Shown here in pieces: positions 45,350-58,323 of a DNA stretch of 64,000 bases. Source of the stretch: Microthyrium microscopicum (Eukaryota); the NCBI GenBank assembly GCA_010405405.1, contig MU004231.1, forward strand, positions 484,153-548,152, in the 5' to 3' direction. The position numbers and the translations under genes are program-made. The notes beneath the pieces were generated by a model, which was not told the DNA's origin, did no database searches, and saw nothing but the letters and a program-made list of their open reading frames with translations. Position 1 is the first letter of the stretch. Each line of letters starts with the position of its first letter.

Positions 45350-47990
45350 CAGTTACTAGTTTTCTATATTACCTAGAGAGGTAAGGAGTCTAATAGGGAA
45401 GCTAAGGACCTTAGTAGTAATAAAGACATTTTTAATCTAGTTTCTTAAAGCCTTCTTTTATCGTTTTTATCTTAAGCCATCTTTAAGATTAATGTTAGCT
45501 TTTTAATAAAGTTTGAGTTAGTATTCTTTAAGGCCTTTAATACTACTACTTAAGCCTAAGACTATAAGAGAAAGAGACTCTAGAGCTAAGGATAACGTTA
45601 AAGAGTCCTTTAGTAGTAAGAAAGGCGCTATTAACGAGAAGGGTATAAGTTTACCTATAATAATTTTAGTACGCTTAGCTTCTTTCCTATTAGTATAGGC
45701 TTATTTAGCTACGAGTTTCTTATTATATTAGTTAATTTTAGAGGTATGCTTTCTTTTACAACTTAAGGTAGTTAGGTACTTATTAGAATCTAGGTCTTTA
45801 AGTTAGAGGGACTACTACTTAAGGGAGTTAAAGATAAGGGGTATATTGCCTATTAAAGGTATCGTAGAGTCTAAAAAAGTTTAGTTTTCTAATTCCTTAC
45901 TGCTAGCTAAGGTCGTTTCTAAGGAAGTTTAGTTCTCTAATTCCTTACTACTAGCTAAAGTCGTTTCTAACTCTAAGGACGATAATATTACTAAGTATTT
46001 AGCTAACTTTTAGCCTAAAGGAGTAATAGAGACTAGTAGTTACTTAGGCTTAGGTTTAGCCTTAGGCTTAGGCTTAGATTACTTTAGTATAGTAGGCTTA
46101 GGCTTAGATTGCTTTAATATAACGAGTTTAGGTGCTTTAGCTATCTCTTTTAGTAGAGCTAGATAGCCTCTCTTTTTTATAGGAATAGTAAAGATAGGTT
46201 TTAAAGAAGGATTAAAGATACTTAAGGCTTTAGCAACTATCTAATAAGGTTACTTTAGCTTAAGGTTAGCGTAGAGTCTTTTAAGTCGTTTAGTTTTAAG
46301 AATATAAAGCCAATATTACTATTAAATATCTTTAGAGGCGTCTACTAGCCCCTTAAGTGCTTATTCATTAAAGGAGGTAATATCTATCTTATTCTTAATT
46401 ATAATAAGGTCCTGCTTAGTATTGCTAACTTCTCTATCCTCTCGTTAGTTATCCTTGCTATTATTAACTTTGGTACGTTCCTATTAGTTAGATTCTGCCA
46501 TCCTAGTTTTCTTTACCTTAGTCTAAGTAATAGCTTTACCTAGTCTAGGGGTTTATAAGATATTAGCTTTAGTAACCTTAGTTCTAGATATTAATATAGT
46601 TTTGCGTAGATTTTCTAGGTTAGACTTATGCCTTATTAACTTATTACCTTTATTCTACTATCTATAAATTAGCTTTTTTACTATATATTAGTCTAGATAC
46701 CTTATTAGTTTTTTAGTAACTTTTTAAGCCCTTTTAGCGATTACCTCTACTTTCTTTAGATAATTATTAACGTCTATATAATGTCCTTCTATGCTATATA
46801 TTACGTATTATTTTATCTTTTTTTTATCGTTATAGTTTAGAGTCTTATAATGTCCTATATACTTACTATATACGAGTCGCCGTTAGTAGTGCTATCTATA
46901 GTAGTAAAATTATTAGCATTTATTATAGATATAGGCTTAGTAATAATTAACGTAGTATTTAGACTATTTACTAGCTCCTTAAATTATGAGACTCTCTTAA
47001 AGGATACTCTCTATATTTAAAGAGTTACTAAAGGCTATCCTAATTAAAGACCTTTCCCTTTTCGTATAATTTATCTTTAGGTTTAGCTAGGTAAAGAAAT
47101 ATACTTTATTAGGCTTATAGAGATAGAGATTATTAGTAAAGAGAGTATTAGTAACTTTATTAAGGTTTAGTAATAGGACTTTATTAGCGTAGGTATTATA
47201 GATATCGTAGATAACGATAGTATATGTTTAGACGTAGAAAGTAGCCCCTCTAATATAGGGTAGCTAAATCGCTTATGTCTTATAGGCTTAGTAGAGTTGC
47301 TTAAAGGTATTAAATTATAATTTAATAGTCTTATTATCTTTTTAGACTGTTATAAAGAGCCTAAGTAGTATTTTCCTATGTTGTCTAATGTAGTCTTTAA
47401 TAGCTTTACGAAGGGTTCTTGTCCTTACGGCTTTAGTAAATATGCTAATATTCTTATAAACTTTAAATTTTAGGGTAGTAAGAAGGTCTACTTAGCGTGG
47501 TACCCTAAGTATTATAAGTCCGCCTAATAGTTATTTAGGGTATATTCTAATTACGTTTTGTAGCTTAGTCTGCTTCTTTGCCTATATCGTTATAATAAGT
47601 TATTAAAGCTAGAGTAGCATAGTAGTATTGTCTATCTATATCTTTTTACTTACGAGGTATCGTTCTTCTACTACGCGTTATTCTTCTTTAGTAAGTCTTT
47701 GTGCCTTAGCTTATTATTTCTACTCCTAAATTTATTCCTTAAGATAGGCGGCCCTCTCTTTATTGCGGTACTCTCTCTCTGCTATTATAGTAAGCTATTA
47801 CTACTTAAAAATCTCTATTAGGCCTACTAGATTATATACTCCTTATAACTAACCCTATCTAGATATATTTCCCTAATTGCTTATTAGGTTATAATTTCTT
47901 AGGGACTTAGCTTATTTGGTTATTTCCTTACTAAGTGTATTTATATTTATAGTTATACTAGCTCGCATGAGCTTTCTTATATCTTAATCT
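45350..47990 (-). pseudogene. RIP-destroyed LINE ORF1 (gag-like) with three zinc knuckles; ends approximate
   Basis: 46927-46757 reads Y-NK-C-**FY-Y-YR*H-Y, Y-SK-Y-IGH-Y-KTLN-Y and Y-VI-Y-SIEG-H-YIDVNN-YL, which become CX2CX4HX4C, CX2CX3HX4C and CX2CX4HX6CP after reversing TGY->TAY and CAY->TAY. A coiled-coil-like segment lies near 47750. Confidence 0.82.
45877..45972. repeat. 48-bp tandem duplication inside LINE ORF1
   Basis: aagtttagttttctaattccttactgctagctaaggtcgtttctaa is followed by aagtttagttctctaattccttactactagctaaagtcgtttctaa; the copies differ only by transitions. Confidence 0.8.
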
Positions 47991-48336
47991 TTATTATACT
48001 TGCTAGGTAGGTAGGTAGAGTTTAGGATAGAAGATATTTTGTATAGATAGGTAGTAGGTAAGTAAGCAGATAGGTAAGGATTAAAAGAATAGAGTTACTA
48101 TAGATTAGTAGTAGAGGGTAAGAGGGAATAGAGTATTTTACTAAGGGAGAGTAATTACTAGAATTACCTAGGGACGTGACTAGGATAATAATACGTAATA
48201 ACTTAATAGCGTCTTAAGTTATAAGAGATCTAAGAATACAAAGAGACTTATCGTAGTAAGCTAGATATTATTATATAGTAAAATTGTGTTAATTTCAGAA
48301 AATTTCGCAGTATCAAAGTTGTTGTTTCCTTAATTC

Positions 48337-48349
48337 TATGAGGCTGATG
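48337..48349 (+). repeat. Right copy of 13-bp target-site duplication TATGAGGCTGATG
   Basis: Identical to 39172-39184. Confidence 0.92.
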
Positions 48350-48676
48350 CACACCACGCTAGACCGACCCCCTGCAGCTAGACCCCTGTCAAGAACCGCC
48401 GCGCTTCAGAAAGTTGCACTAGCAGCGCGTTTGGACATTAACATCAAATGCCATCACCTCCAAGTCACCTATTCGTATCAATCGAGGTGTTGTGCCTGTC
48501 GCCGCGCTCTCATCTTTAACCTCAGCGCGTGAAGGCCGGCACTAATTTCATATAAGCCTCTCCACCCAGCAAAACGCAGCACCGTCAATGCTCGTCCCCG
48601 AAACACCCTCTCCGTATTACCCAAAGGACATGCGATTACGCCTGCCTTCCACGACCAACAACCCCTCTCCTTAACA

Positions 48677-51600
48677 ATGGTTTATATGCCTACCGCCCCT
48701 AGTGAAAAGAAATAGGCTAATGTGATGATAGGCGACCTTTCGTGCCCACAATATCGATTATGAGAGCGATGCCTCCGAGGTCGAAGACACTACTGAGCTG
48801 CAGATCGAAGAAGCTCACAAGCTATACCAGACTGCGCTAAAGTTTCACTCTGAAGGCCCGCCATCATTCGAAAAAGCGCAAAAAGCATACCAAGAACTCT
48901 TCGAGTCTGACATCTTCAAGTATGCAGAGTCTCTGTCCGAGTTTCGACGATGGGAGACATTACCTGAATACGACGAGCTCCTTCTTCAAAGCTTCGACCC
49001 AACCGCTCAGACAACCATAGTCGCTGGCGATAGTGCACCGAATACACTACCCCAAATACTACATCTGGCTTACAAGAATCATGGTCAATTCATCTTGGAT
49101 GTCCTCTGTCATCGAATCCGGGAGACCGTTGCTGCTGGGGACGTCGATGGAGCTAGACCGGATGAAAATGTCCAGATTGTCAATGCGCCCCTCAACCATT
49201 TTGCAGAAGCGTTAGATAAAGATGATTCCGACGTGGATCTGTGGCGACGGACTGCTCAGGTTGCTCGTTGGGCAGGTAGCGTTCGAATTGCCAGATTCGC
49301 ACTGGAAGCTGTTCTAGATGGCGAAATCGAAGCTCTCGAGGTCTTACGTGACACACCCGGAATAGATCAAATGCTTGCACAGCACCAAATTAGGAAACTG
49401 GCCACTGAACTTGAAGACGATCTATCTATGCTATCTGCTCCACTGAACTCGACGCGAAAGACTGCACTTTCTGCGGCACTCAGAAAACTCATCAATTCTT
49501 ACCCCGACTTGCATGAAAAGTCTTTTGAATTATCTGGACTCTCTCTTACCGGGAATACTGGGAAAGCTCCGGTGCAATATGTGATCATGGCTGCCACACG
49601 AGATTGGCTTGGTATAGGAAATATCATTTCTCAGCAGCTCATGCTTGAAGAAAGTGGAGTGGTGGACACTGGGCCGGGCTTTGGAGTTGGGTTTAAACTG
49701 CCGCCATCAGAAGTCACAGCAGGTGCAGAAGACATTCAGATGGCCATTGAAGGGGCCTCACTAGGAGACGAGGCTACACTTACTAGCGAGACTGTCGCGG
49801 AAAGCCCAACGCAGATAGAGGACAATCCAGCAGAACAAGCACCAGAAGCTATGGAGATTGAACAACCAGATACACAACCGACAGAACCACCAATAGCAGA
49901 TACACTGTCAAAAGATTCACAGCCAATAGATCCGCAGTCGAGTAATACTGGTGCAGCGCCTGCGGAAGAACAATCCGTCGCTATGAGCAGAAAACGTTCC
50001 ACTGATTCTGCTGGGCTTCCAGAAGTTGCAGAAGGTGGGCGATCTCGAAGCAAACGAACACGAACCCGTTGGACAACCTCAGGGGAGCGTATAGATACAA
50101 CTCAGGTTGAGACTGTTAAAGACAATGTTGCCAACGAGCAACTAGAACAGTTTACTTATGCGGACAACATTATGGATGAAACCATCCGCCCTATTTTGTC
50201 AAGACTTAATATCCAAGGCCTCATTGCACCAAATGTCATTGGAAACATTGTTAAAGAAGAGGAATCATCTGCGCAAAACGAAGAACCTTTGAGATTGGCT
50301 ATCAAGGACCTTTTCGAAGCTTTGAAACTCTGCGAACCTCGTACGGTAGAGTCGCTCCAAACAGATTCGTTTAGTGAACAATCCGTAGGAGTGGCCTCGA
50401 GACAAGCTGGATTGAATGTGTTCCTCGGCCATGAGACTCTTACTGGGAGCGACCGCGGCAGTAGACCAATACTTCCTCCAGGTCTTGGACTACAGTCCTG
50501 GGTTGACAAAGTGAATAAGAAATGGTGCATAAACAAAGATGCTGCATGGAGTTGGCTTTCCGCGTTACTAAGACCCACCCCATTAGCCAGCAATACTCAA
50601 CCGGCGTCTCTATATGCTGCGTTTGTCTGGCCTGATGGATTGAAAGAGGTTGTGCGACGCATTGCTGCTCAGGCGGATTCATATATCTTCACCCAGGCTC
50701 AGGCATCTATATCCGCCATTGAGTCCCGCCTCCTAAAGAACACTAGCAACGGCGAAAGATTTAATCTCACACCAAACGAAATTGCTGATGCCGAGATGAT
50801 TCAAAGTCTTTTTGAAATCCACGTCGACATCCACGCCAATTTGAAAGCAGCTGGCTACGCTGCAAATCCAGGTCCAAGATTAGCACAACGAAAGTGCCTT
50901 GAAAGTTGGTCGATGCTGGCAAATGTTGCCATTCAACTCGCTCGTGGCCGTCGGGAAGTCGATGATTTAAGCGATCTTGACATTCGTCACATCTGGGCTC
51001 ATGCTCATTTCGTAGTTCTGGACGAAAACACCCCCCAAGAATTTATTCTGGTCTGCATCAAAGATTTGAGAAAGCTGATGCGCTCTTTTGATGGTCGAAT
51101 TGTACATTTACCCAACAATGAGACAATGCCCGAAATCTCCATCGAAGCTGTCGAAGCAACTCTGAGACGGATGAACATGAAGGATTTCTTCTTGAAAATC
51201 TTTAGTGATGACCAAGATGACGAAGAAAGCGCTGTCGTGGTTATTGAAGGATTGGAGCCGCTGCTGAATGCCGCAGAATCACTGGTAGACAAAGGAAAAG
51301 CTGCGAAATCCAAGCCAACTTTTCACACAACATCAGAACAGGACAACCTAGATGACCAGATGGAGCTCGAGCGAATGGCAACAAATCCAACAGATATCGA
51401 AGAGGTCGCCCAGTTCATTGCCACCAGCAGTCTTACATTACGATTAGCGCTTTGGCGACGTCTGAGGGACGCGTATACAGCTGTGCCGTATAAGCCTATG
51501 GTTGTTTACTGCGACTTCAAAACCATCGAGCTGCTGATCAATGAGCTCATGTCTGAAGACTATTCAAACCTTGGTTCTTCTCAGCGAACAAACAACCTCC

Positions 51601-54600
51601 TTCGATGGCTAAGATTGATCGACGACCTAATAGCCCGAACTCTTGCTCTGCGGGCCGACAATCCGGACTTTCTAGAATGTATTGACGCTGATCAAGTGAA
51701 ACGATCCATGAGCTCACTTGCTTCACTTTGCAGTCTCCTCCATTCTTCCCGCTTGTTGGATGATCAAGTCAGTGTTGGATCGCTTCAGACTCCTGGACCA
51801 AGCAATCGAGGACATGCTGTATTTGCAAATCTTTCTGCTCGGATGAACGACATGAATCTTCGAGCATGGACGTTGCAGTATCTCTTGTTGAAAGATGCAA
51901 TTGAACAGTACTCGGAAATGTTCCCTGCGCCTTCTGAAGATCGACTAAGCTTCTTGAGAGCAATACATTTCTCCACAGGAACCCGAGGCGTCTGCAACTC
52001 TGCTAACAAATTACTCCTGAAGCTAGAAAAGGATGAACTACTCGAATTGTCCGATCTACCAGATGCTAGCCTCGAGTTATGCCAAGTGCTATATGATCTC
52101 TATGGGTTAAAATGCTTCCAGCATGCCCTGGATATGGTTGACCACGAGTGCATCGATCTAGAGACCCTTAGTCGCAAAGAAGCTTTGAAAATACTGGGAT
52201 TTATGCTGGTACAGGCCGACAAATATTCCATCAAGGACTTACCCAAGACAGATCTGAAGGTGGCTATCGATAGAGTTCAGGAAGCTCTAGGAAAGCCTCG
52301 ACCTTCAGAAAGTGCTGTGATGAACAAGAAGATTTGCAGCGGCTTCATTAAAGGTCCCGTCAATCCTTTGAATTTATACAACGGTTTCAAGGGAAACCTA
52401 TCTCTTCCATCCAAAGCCATGACTGCTGCCGAAAATCCGGTAGCTGCAACAGGCTGGTATTTTCTCCTCGGAAACATCTCCCTCAATAAATTCCGCTCCC
52501 AAAAGCGTCTCACGGCCGGCTCGACTGAAGATTTGGACGCTGCAGCAGCCTATTTCCTCGAAGACCTCCAATATTCTACTGAACAGTGGCAGACTTGGTA
52601 TCGTCTTGGCCAAACCTACGACACCCACGTCGAAGAATGCGTCTCCTGGAGCGCCGAGAAGATCAATGGTCAAACGAATGAAATCAACGCTTACCAGCGC
52701 CATGCAATCAATTGCTATGCCATGGCTGTTTCTTGCGTCGTTCGCCACGGCATTGGTGAAGAATCAACCAAAGTCGCTGAGACGGTTAGTCAGCTCTTTT
52801 CCGACTTTGGCACTCGCATCTATGCTTCGACTCGCGATCCCTTCTCCATGCGCGCCTTTCTCGTTCGCGAGAATGAGGAGAAGTTCTACAACCGTGTCTG
52901 GCCCGCCGGCGGTGCTCCTCCTCTTATGTACCGTGCGCCAGCCTTTACAACCATGAAGCTCTTTGGTGCATGGCGTTATTGTGCCAGCCTGTATCGTGAG
53001 GCAATCAAGCGTCGCCCAGACAAGTGGATGAACTACTTCATGCTAGGTAAATGTTTATGGAAGATGTTTACCGCCCCAGATGAGATGTCTGGCAAGCACA
53101 AGCCCACAGTCACCAGCATCACCGACACCTTCGTCCGCGCCATCGAAGCTTTACCCTCCACCGGCTCGCGCAAACAAGACCCGGTCATCGAACCACACTA
53201 CAAGTTAGTCTCCATTGTCCACAAGCTCGTTAATCGCGGCGCTCTGGACGTAGAAGCTGGCAGCACAGTCCTCAGCGCAACAAATTACGCGGATAAAGTC
53301 GCCCCTCCGGCTAACATGGATGGATGGGAAGGCTATATTCTCGCCATTCTCAAAAATCTTCGTAATGCGGATAAGGCCGGCTGGCACCATCGAATGACTG
53401 TGCGCGCAAGCCATATCATCTATGAAGGATCAGGCAAAGATTTGCTGGGAGCAATGGGCGCGCAGCATGAGTTGACACAACAGACTTTTACAAAAACAAT
53501 GGCCCTGCAGGTGTGGAAGCCGGAACATGAGCGGCCTGGTCGCCATTTTGTGTATACGACGCGATATGTGCGTTTCTTTATTGAATTGCTGGAGAAGACT
53601 GGTGATCGCGCCAACTATGAGTTGTTAGTACGGCGGTTGCGAAAGAAAGTCAACGATTACTGCGAGCACAAAGAGCTGTGGTTGGAGGTTGGTACCAAAT
53701 ACCTCAAGATGCTGAGACACGCGGCGGAGGTGCCAGTTGGCTACGAAGACATCATCTTCAAAACGATCAACCATGAAGAATTCCTGCAACGCGCAACAGC
53801 TCTGGATGACTGGTGTGCGAAAACGCCATCCAACAACACATTAGATCTTCTGCGCGAAGTCGTGGAGCTAAAGAAACTTAATGCCAGCTACATGAAAGGC
53901 GCGCCCATTGACGATCTCATGGCAGACATCTACGCCCAACTCTACCAAACCGTTGCCCTCACCCTCTCCATCGGCGCTGGCAGCAGTGTCAAAGCAGAAG
54001 CAGACGATGCAACAGGCATCGCTGAACCAAGCAGCAAATCCTCCGGGCGCGCAAAGGGCGTTGGCCGCCGCGAACTCACTAAGCGTGCGGAAGCGGCTGG
54101 CACGATGGCAGCACCGTTGAGTGCGCGCGCTACGGATAAGGAGACGCCGATGGATCGTTCGCTGTTGATGGTTAGACGGCCGCGTAATGGTAGTGAGCAT
54201 GAGAGTGGGCCGGATGGTGCTAGTGGTGGTGGGGATGGGATTAGTGCAAAGGCGAGTGTGATGGATGATGCGGATGATGAGAGTGAGTTGAGTGATATTG
54301 AGGAGCCGGAAGACATTGAGGATATTAAGGATAGTCTCAATTCTCCGCTGCGTAAGGCGCTGGAGGCTGAGCAGGCAGCTCGGGAGCAGGAGGAGCATGA
54401 GGATGAGGAAGAGGAGGAAGAAGGTGATGAAGAGCAAGGTAATGAAGGGCAATTTGATGGAGAGGAAGGTGATGGCGAGGAAATGGAAGAGGAGCACGAT
54501 GGAGAAGATCACGGCGAGCACAACGAAGAAGAGGATCACAATGAACAGGAAGAAGACCATGAGGAAGAAGAAGAAGAGGATGCAGACGAACAAGAAGAAG

Positions 54601-54695
54601 ATCAAGCAGAGGGCGATATTGGAGATGATGAAGATATCGTTATGGAGGATGCTGAAGACAAGGCTGAGGCCGAGGCTGAACAAAGTGAGCACTAG
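48677..54695 (+). CDS. HIR3: Histone transcription regulator 3 (HIR complex subunit, Cabin1 homolog), 2 exons (48677-48679, 48732-54695)
   Basis: ATG-only first exon; intron 48680-48731 (GTTTAT...GCTAAT...TAG). Then ATFRAHNI...ELQIEEAHKLYQTALKFHSEGP, HLAYKNHGQF, EPHYKLVSIVHKLV, DKAGWHHRMTVR, VWKPEHERPGRHFVYT and an acidic tail. In frame with track ORF 49095-54695. Confidence 0.93.
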
Positions 54696-55520
54696 TTGGG
54701 ATTACCGCCTGATTTACGCCGGCCAGCTTGATGGCTCTTCGGCGATTGTTGGCGAGGCAGTGCATAGAAGCGATGTCGGTATGGTTAGAAGTACCTCAAG
54801 TGTTTCCAGGATGCCATGGAATATCAATAATTATTTTTGCAAGTCGTCGTCATGAAACTTATGGGACCGGCCCGTTTTCGGAACAAATGTTTAAGCGCAG
54901 GCACCGGTTTTTGGGTTATCAAGTGTCATGATATTTAATTTGGAGTGTGATGGTACCTATGTCACGGACTACCCTCTGGTAATAAAGTGTGGAGAGATAT
55001 TGATGGAGTTTATAGAGGACTGGGCATTTGATGTCTCGTTGATAGTAGAAACAGTTCTTAAGGGGGGAAACAGGCGAATTAGAGGCTTTGCAACTGAAAC
55101 GCATCTGACCCCTGGCCCCTTGCCGTTGCTCTTGCCAGGCTTGGAAAGACCAAAGCTAAATGGTAGTGGTGGGTGGCTCTTGCCGCGCAAAAATGTCAGT
55201 GCTTCGTGCCTGCCCCAAGTGTGGTTTGCGACTGCCGCCCGGAAGCTGGTCGGTGGTTGTGACTTCCTTGGCTGAACTCCACCATTCACTCTTTCTGTCT
55301 TTGTGCTGCATTCATCAACCATCCTTTCTCATCATCTATCCTTTGCGCCCCAGCAACTACCACCTCTCCTATTCCTCTCTCGCTACTTTCTGTCCCATCT
55401 TCTCCTCTCGTCGCCAATACACACATATATCCTCGTCTCTCGTCCATCGCCGCAAAGCTCTGCCTGCTGGGCCATACCGAGCCCCACGTGTCCTTCTCAC
55501 CACATGTAGCCGCCCGCGCC

Positions 55521-57005
55521 ATGGTCCAAGATAAATACGTCGGCCTTATACTGGCCGTCGTCGCCAACCTCGCCATCGGTCCGTCTACTCTTACTTGCCT
55601 CCTCTCATAGTCTAACAGTCCATACAGGCTCGAGTTTCGTAATCACAAAAAAGGGCCTCAACGAAGCTGCCGAGCATCATGGCTTCGAGGGTGAAGGCTT
55701 CAAATACATGCAGCGGCCGCTCTGGTGGGCTGGCATCATCGTTATGGTTATAGGCGAAGTCGCAAATTTTGCAGCATACGCTTTCGCTCCAGCTATTCTG
55801 GTTACACCTTTGGGAGCATTGAGTGTATTGATGGGGTACGTACGCGGTTTGGAACAACAAGGGGAATGATACGCAATTGTGGCGCATTGGCTGACTTTAT
55901 CTTTCTCCACATTATAGAGCGGTACTTGGAACATACTTTCTCAATGAGAAACTCGGACTGTTGGGCAAGATCGGATGCGCAATCTGTTTACTCGGCTCGA
56001 TTATTATTGTGCTTCATGCACCACCGGATCCAGAGATTGAGACTATCGATCAAATCCTCGATTACGCTATCCAGCCTGGCTTTCTATTCTACTGCACTGT
56101 CATGACGGTATTCTGCGCCGTGATGATCTACAAAGTGGCGCCAAAATACGGAAAGAAAAACCCGTTAATCTACCTATCGATATGTAGCGGCGCTGGCTCT
56201 GTTTCGATCATGGCAATCAAGGCATTTGGCATTGCCGTGAAGCTAACGTTCGAGGGAAAGAATCAATTCACTCACGCATCGACATATGTGTTTTTGATAG
56301 TTACGGCAGTGTGTATCATGACACAAATGAACTACTTCAACAAAGCACTCAGCCAATTCAGCACCAACATGTAAGCTCCCGTACTTATCAGCGCATAACA
56401 TCTCATACTAATCCCTCACAAGTGTCAACCCGCTCTACTACGTAACGTTTACAACCGCCACTCTCTGCGCCTCCTTCATCATGTTCAAAGGCTTCAACAC
56501 CGCCGACGCCGTCAATACCCTCTCCCTCCTCTGCGGTTTCCTCGTCATCTTCTCCGGCGTCTACCTCCTCAACCTCTCCCGCAAAGATCCCATCGGCGAT
56601 ACTCTCCTGGGCTCCGCCACCCCCGGCCGCACTGGCGGTTTCGAAGACTCCGCTATTCCTACAGACTCCATGACCGGCTTCGCCACCCGCCGTTCCATGC
56701 AATCACGCCGCTCTGGCGAGAACAACAGACACTCACGCTCCCATTCGTGGGGATCCAACGCAAACGATCAACAAGCGCTCATGCACGACTTTACCCTCGA
56801 CGACCTCGCAGACGATAGCGCCGAAGAGTATGAGCTCAAGATTAACGGCAACGGAAAAATACCGGACGAAGAGAACGGGCTAGGTCGACCACCGCATTCG
56901 ACTGTGCCGCGGTTAAGTGGCAGTGGGCGCGCGAGAAGGGAGGGTGCAGTGAATAAGGCGCCGACAACACGGACAACTTTTGAACGCTCGCCGACAGGTC
57001 AATAG
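55521..57005 (+). CDS. NIPA-family magnesium transporter, 4 exons
   Basis: MVQDKYVGLILAV..IGSSFVITKKGL, WWAGII.M..GEVANFAAYAFAPAILVTPLGALSVL, QMNYFNKAL..F...IVNPLYYVTFTT. Introns 55579-55627, 55836-55917 and 56371-56422. Confidence 0.93.
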
Positions 57006-58323
57006 CGCCCTTTTGGCTACATTTTTGGATTTTTTTGTTATATTAGACAGAGCTACGCTGCGACACAAGGGAGGACTTGGATTAAAGACTACCCCAGCTC
57101 ACCACGACCCTATGGGGTGCGAGCATATGACGGCGTTTTTTGGGATCGAAGCGAGATATGCTTCTGGCTGGATAAGCTGGACAAAGCTGGGGCCTTGGAT
57201 ATTTTGAAGATACTTGAGTATTTTACCTGCTATTGTTTACTCCAAGCAAAAAAGTGTTGTCGCCCCATGCCTCTTCCGGGGCCCTTTAACTTGGATAAAC
57301 CGGAAGGACTAAGGTCGGAATTGCCATATGCTCTGGGTAGCACCGCCAGGATAAACGATAAACTGGATTTTTATATCACAATCTACACTGAACGACTTGG
57401 CTGTTTTGAATGGTGTATGTCCAAGAGGTCGGACAAGGTGGTAAAATGGGCAGTGTACGAGTAGCTGTATTTGTTGGAAATGCATAATGGGTCTACGAAT
57501 ACATTTTACAACCTTCAATATCTCTCCACTCCCGTACAGTGCATGCTCTTCAGTCTAGAATACCCTCAACCATCATCGCGGAAGTAAAAGTAAACATGAA
57601 TGTATGGCGATATTACATTATCATTTAAAGAAGTAATGCTACTAAAGGAAATACTTTTGTGTCTGTATCAAAATGATAGGACGAACCGACTATAGTCTAC
57701 TGTATCGTTTGAAACGGAACTATAAAACAAAAACATATGCGTAAAAAGTGCTGCGCATCCTTTCTTTCCGAGCCTCCTATGCGGTGGGGGGTATCTTAAT
57801 TCATAACCCAGCACCAGTAACTCCGAAAATGACCGATGAAAAGCAAGTAACAAGCAGAAAAAACCCCATGTACCGTACTCATATGAGATGGAAAACGCCA
57901 TATGCTATGTTCAACTTGGAGCTGAAAATGTGGTTGTTGAGCGACGGAATGCAGGGAGTTTGAAGGATGACATTAGTGAGCGACGTGGACTTGTGCTATC
58001 AGAGTCTAGTATGGAGGGTAGTTTGAGTTTGGGATGAAATCTGGGGTTGGTGGGTAGTTGGGAGGTGATGACTGGTGGTCGTGGGGAGTGCTGTTCCAAG
58101 ATCTTGGAGGTGTTGAGCGTAAGATGGCAGCTCTAGCCGGCCCATTATAGCTACGACAAGGATGTTGTCCCATGCTTGAATGAAAATGAGGGATCCCAGT
58201 ATTCGGCAATTGAGATAGAAATTGGGGTGGCACATGGTAGGGAAAATACTGTGACGGAGGGATGAAGTTAATGCCAAATCGTTGAGAGGGATAGCCAGAG
58301 CCACATGACTGACCCGAGATGTT

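Larger units (their letters stand above)
39185..48336 (-). mobile_element. Full-length Tad1-like LINE (non-LTR retrotransposon), 9,152 bp, inactivated by RIP
   Basis: 13-bp TSD, 3' (CAT)6 tail, extreme TpA excess and CpA/TpG depletion. Reversing RIP recovers gag zinc knuckles, APE endonuclease, RT, RNase H and C-terminal CCHC motifs in the canonical order. Confidence 0.93.

Noticed and set aside
44345..45356. Apparent spliceosomal introns inside the LINE (44345-44395, 45313-45356)
   Set aside because: RIP creates GTAA, CTAA and TAG motifs in abundance, and neither intron is needed to keep the ORF2 frame or cleanly fuses ORF1 to ORF2.
39185..48336. AT-rich block as a centromere, mitochondrial insertion, LTR element or Starship
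   Set aside because: No LTRs, TIRs, integrase or tyrosine recombinase are seen; LINE motifs, TSD and tail explain the whole block, and the AT richness has the RIP dinucleotide pattern.
53868..54855. Hydrophobic antisense ORF (274 aa) and basic alternative-frame ORF (187 aa)
   Set aside because: Shadows of the GAR-rich acidic tail of HIR3.
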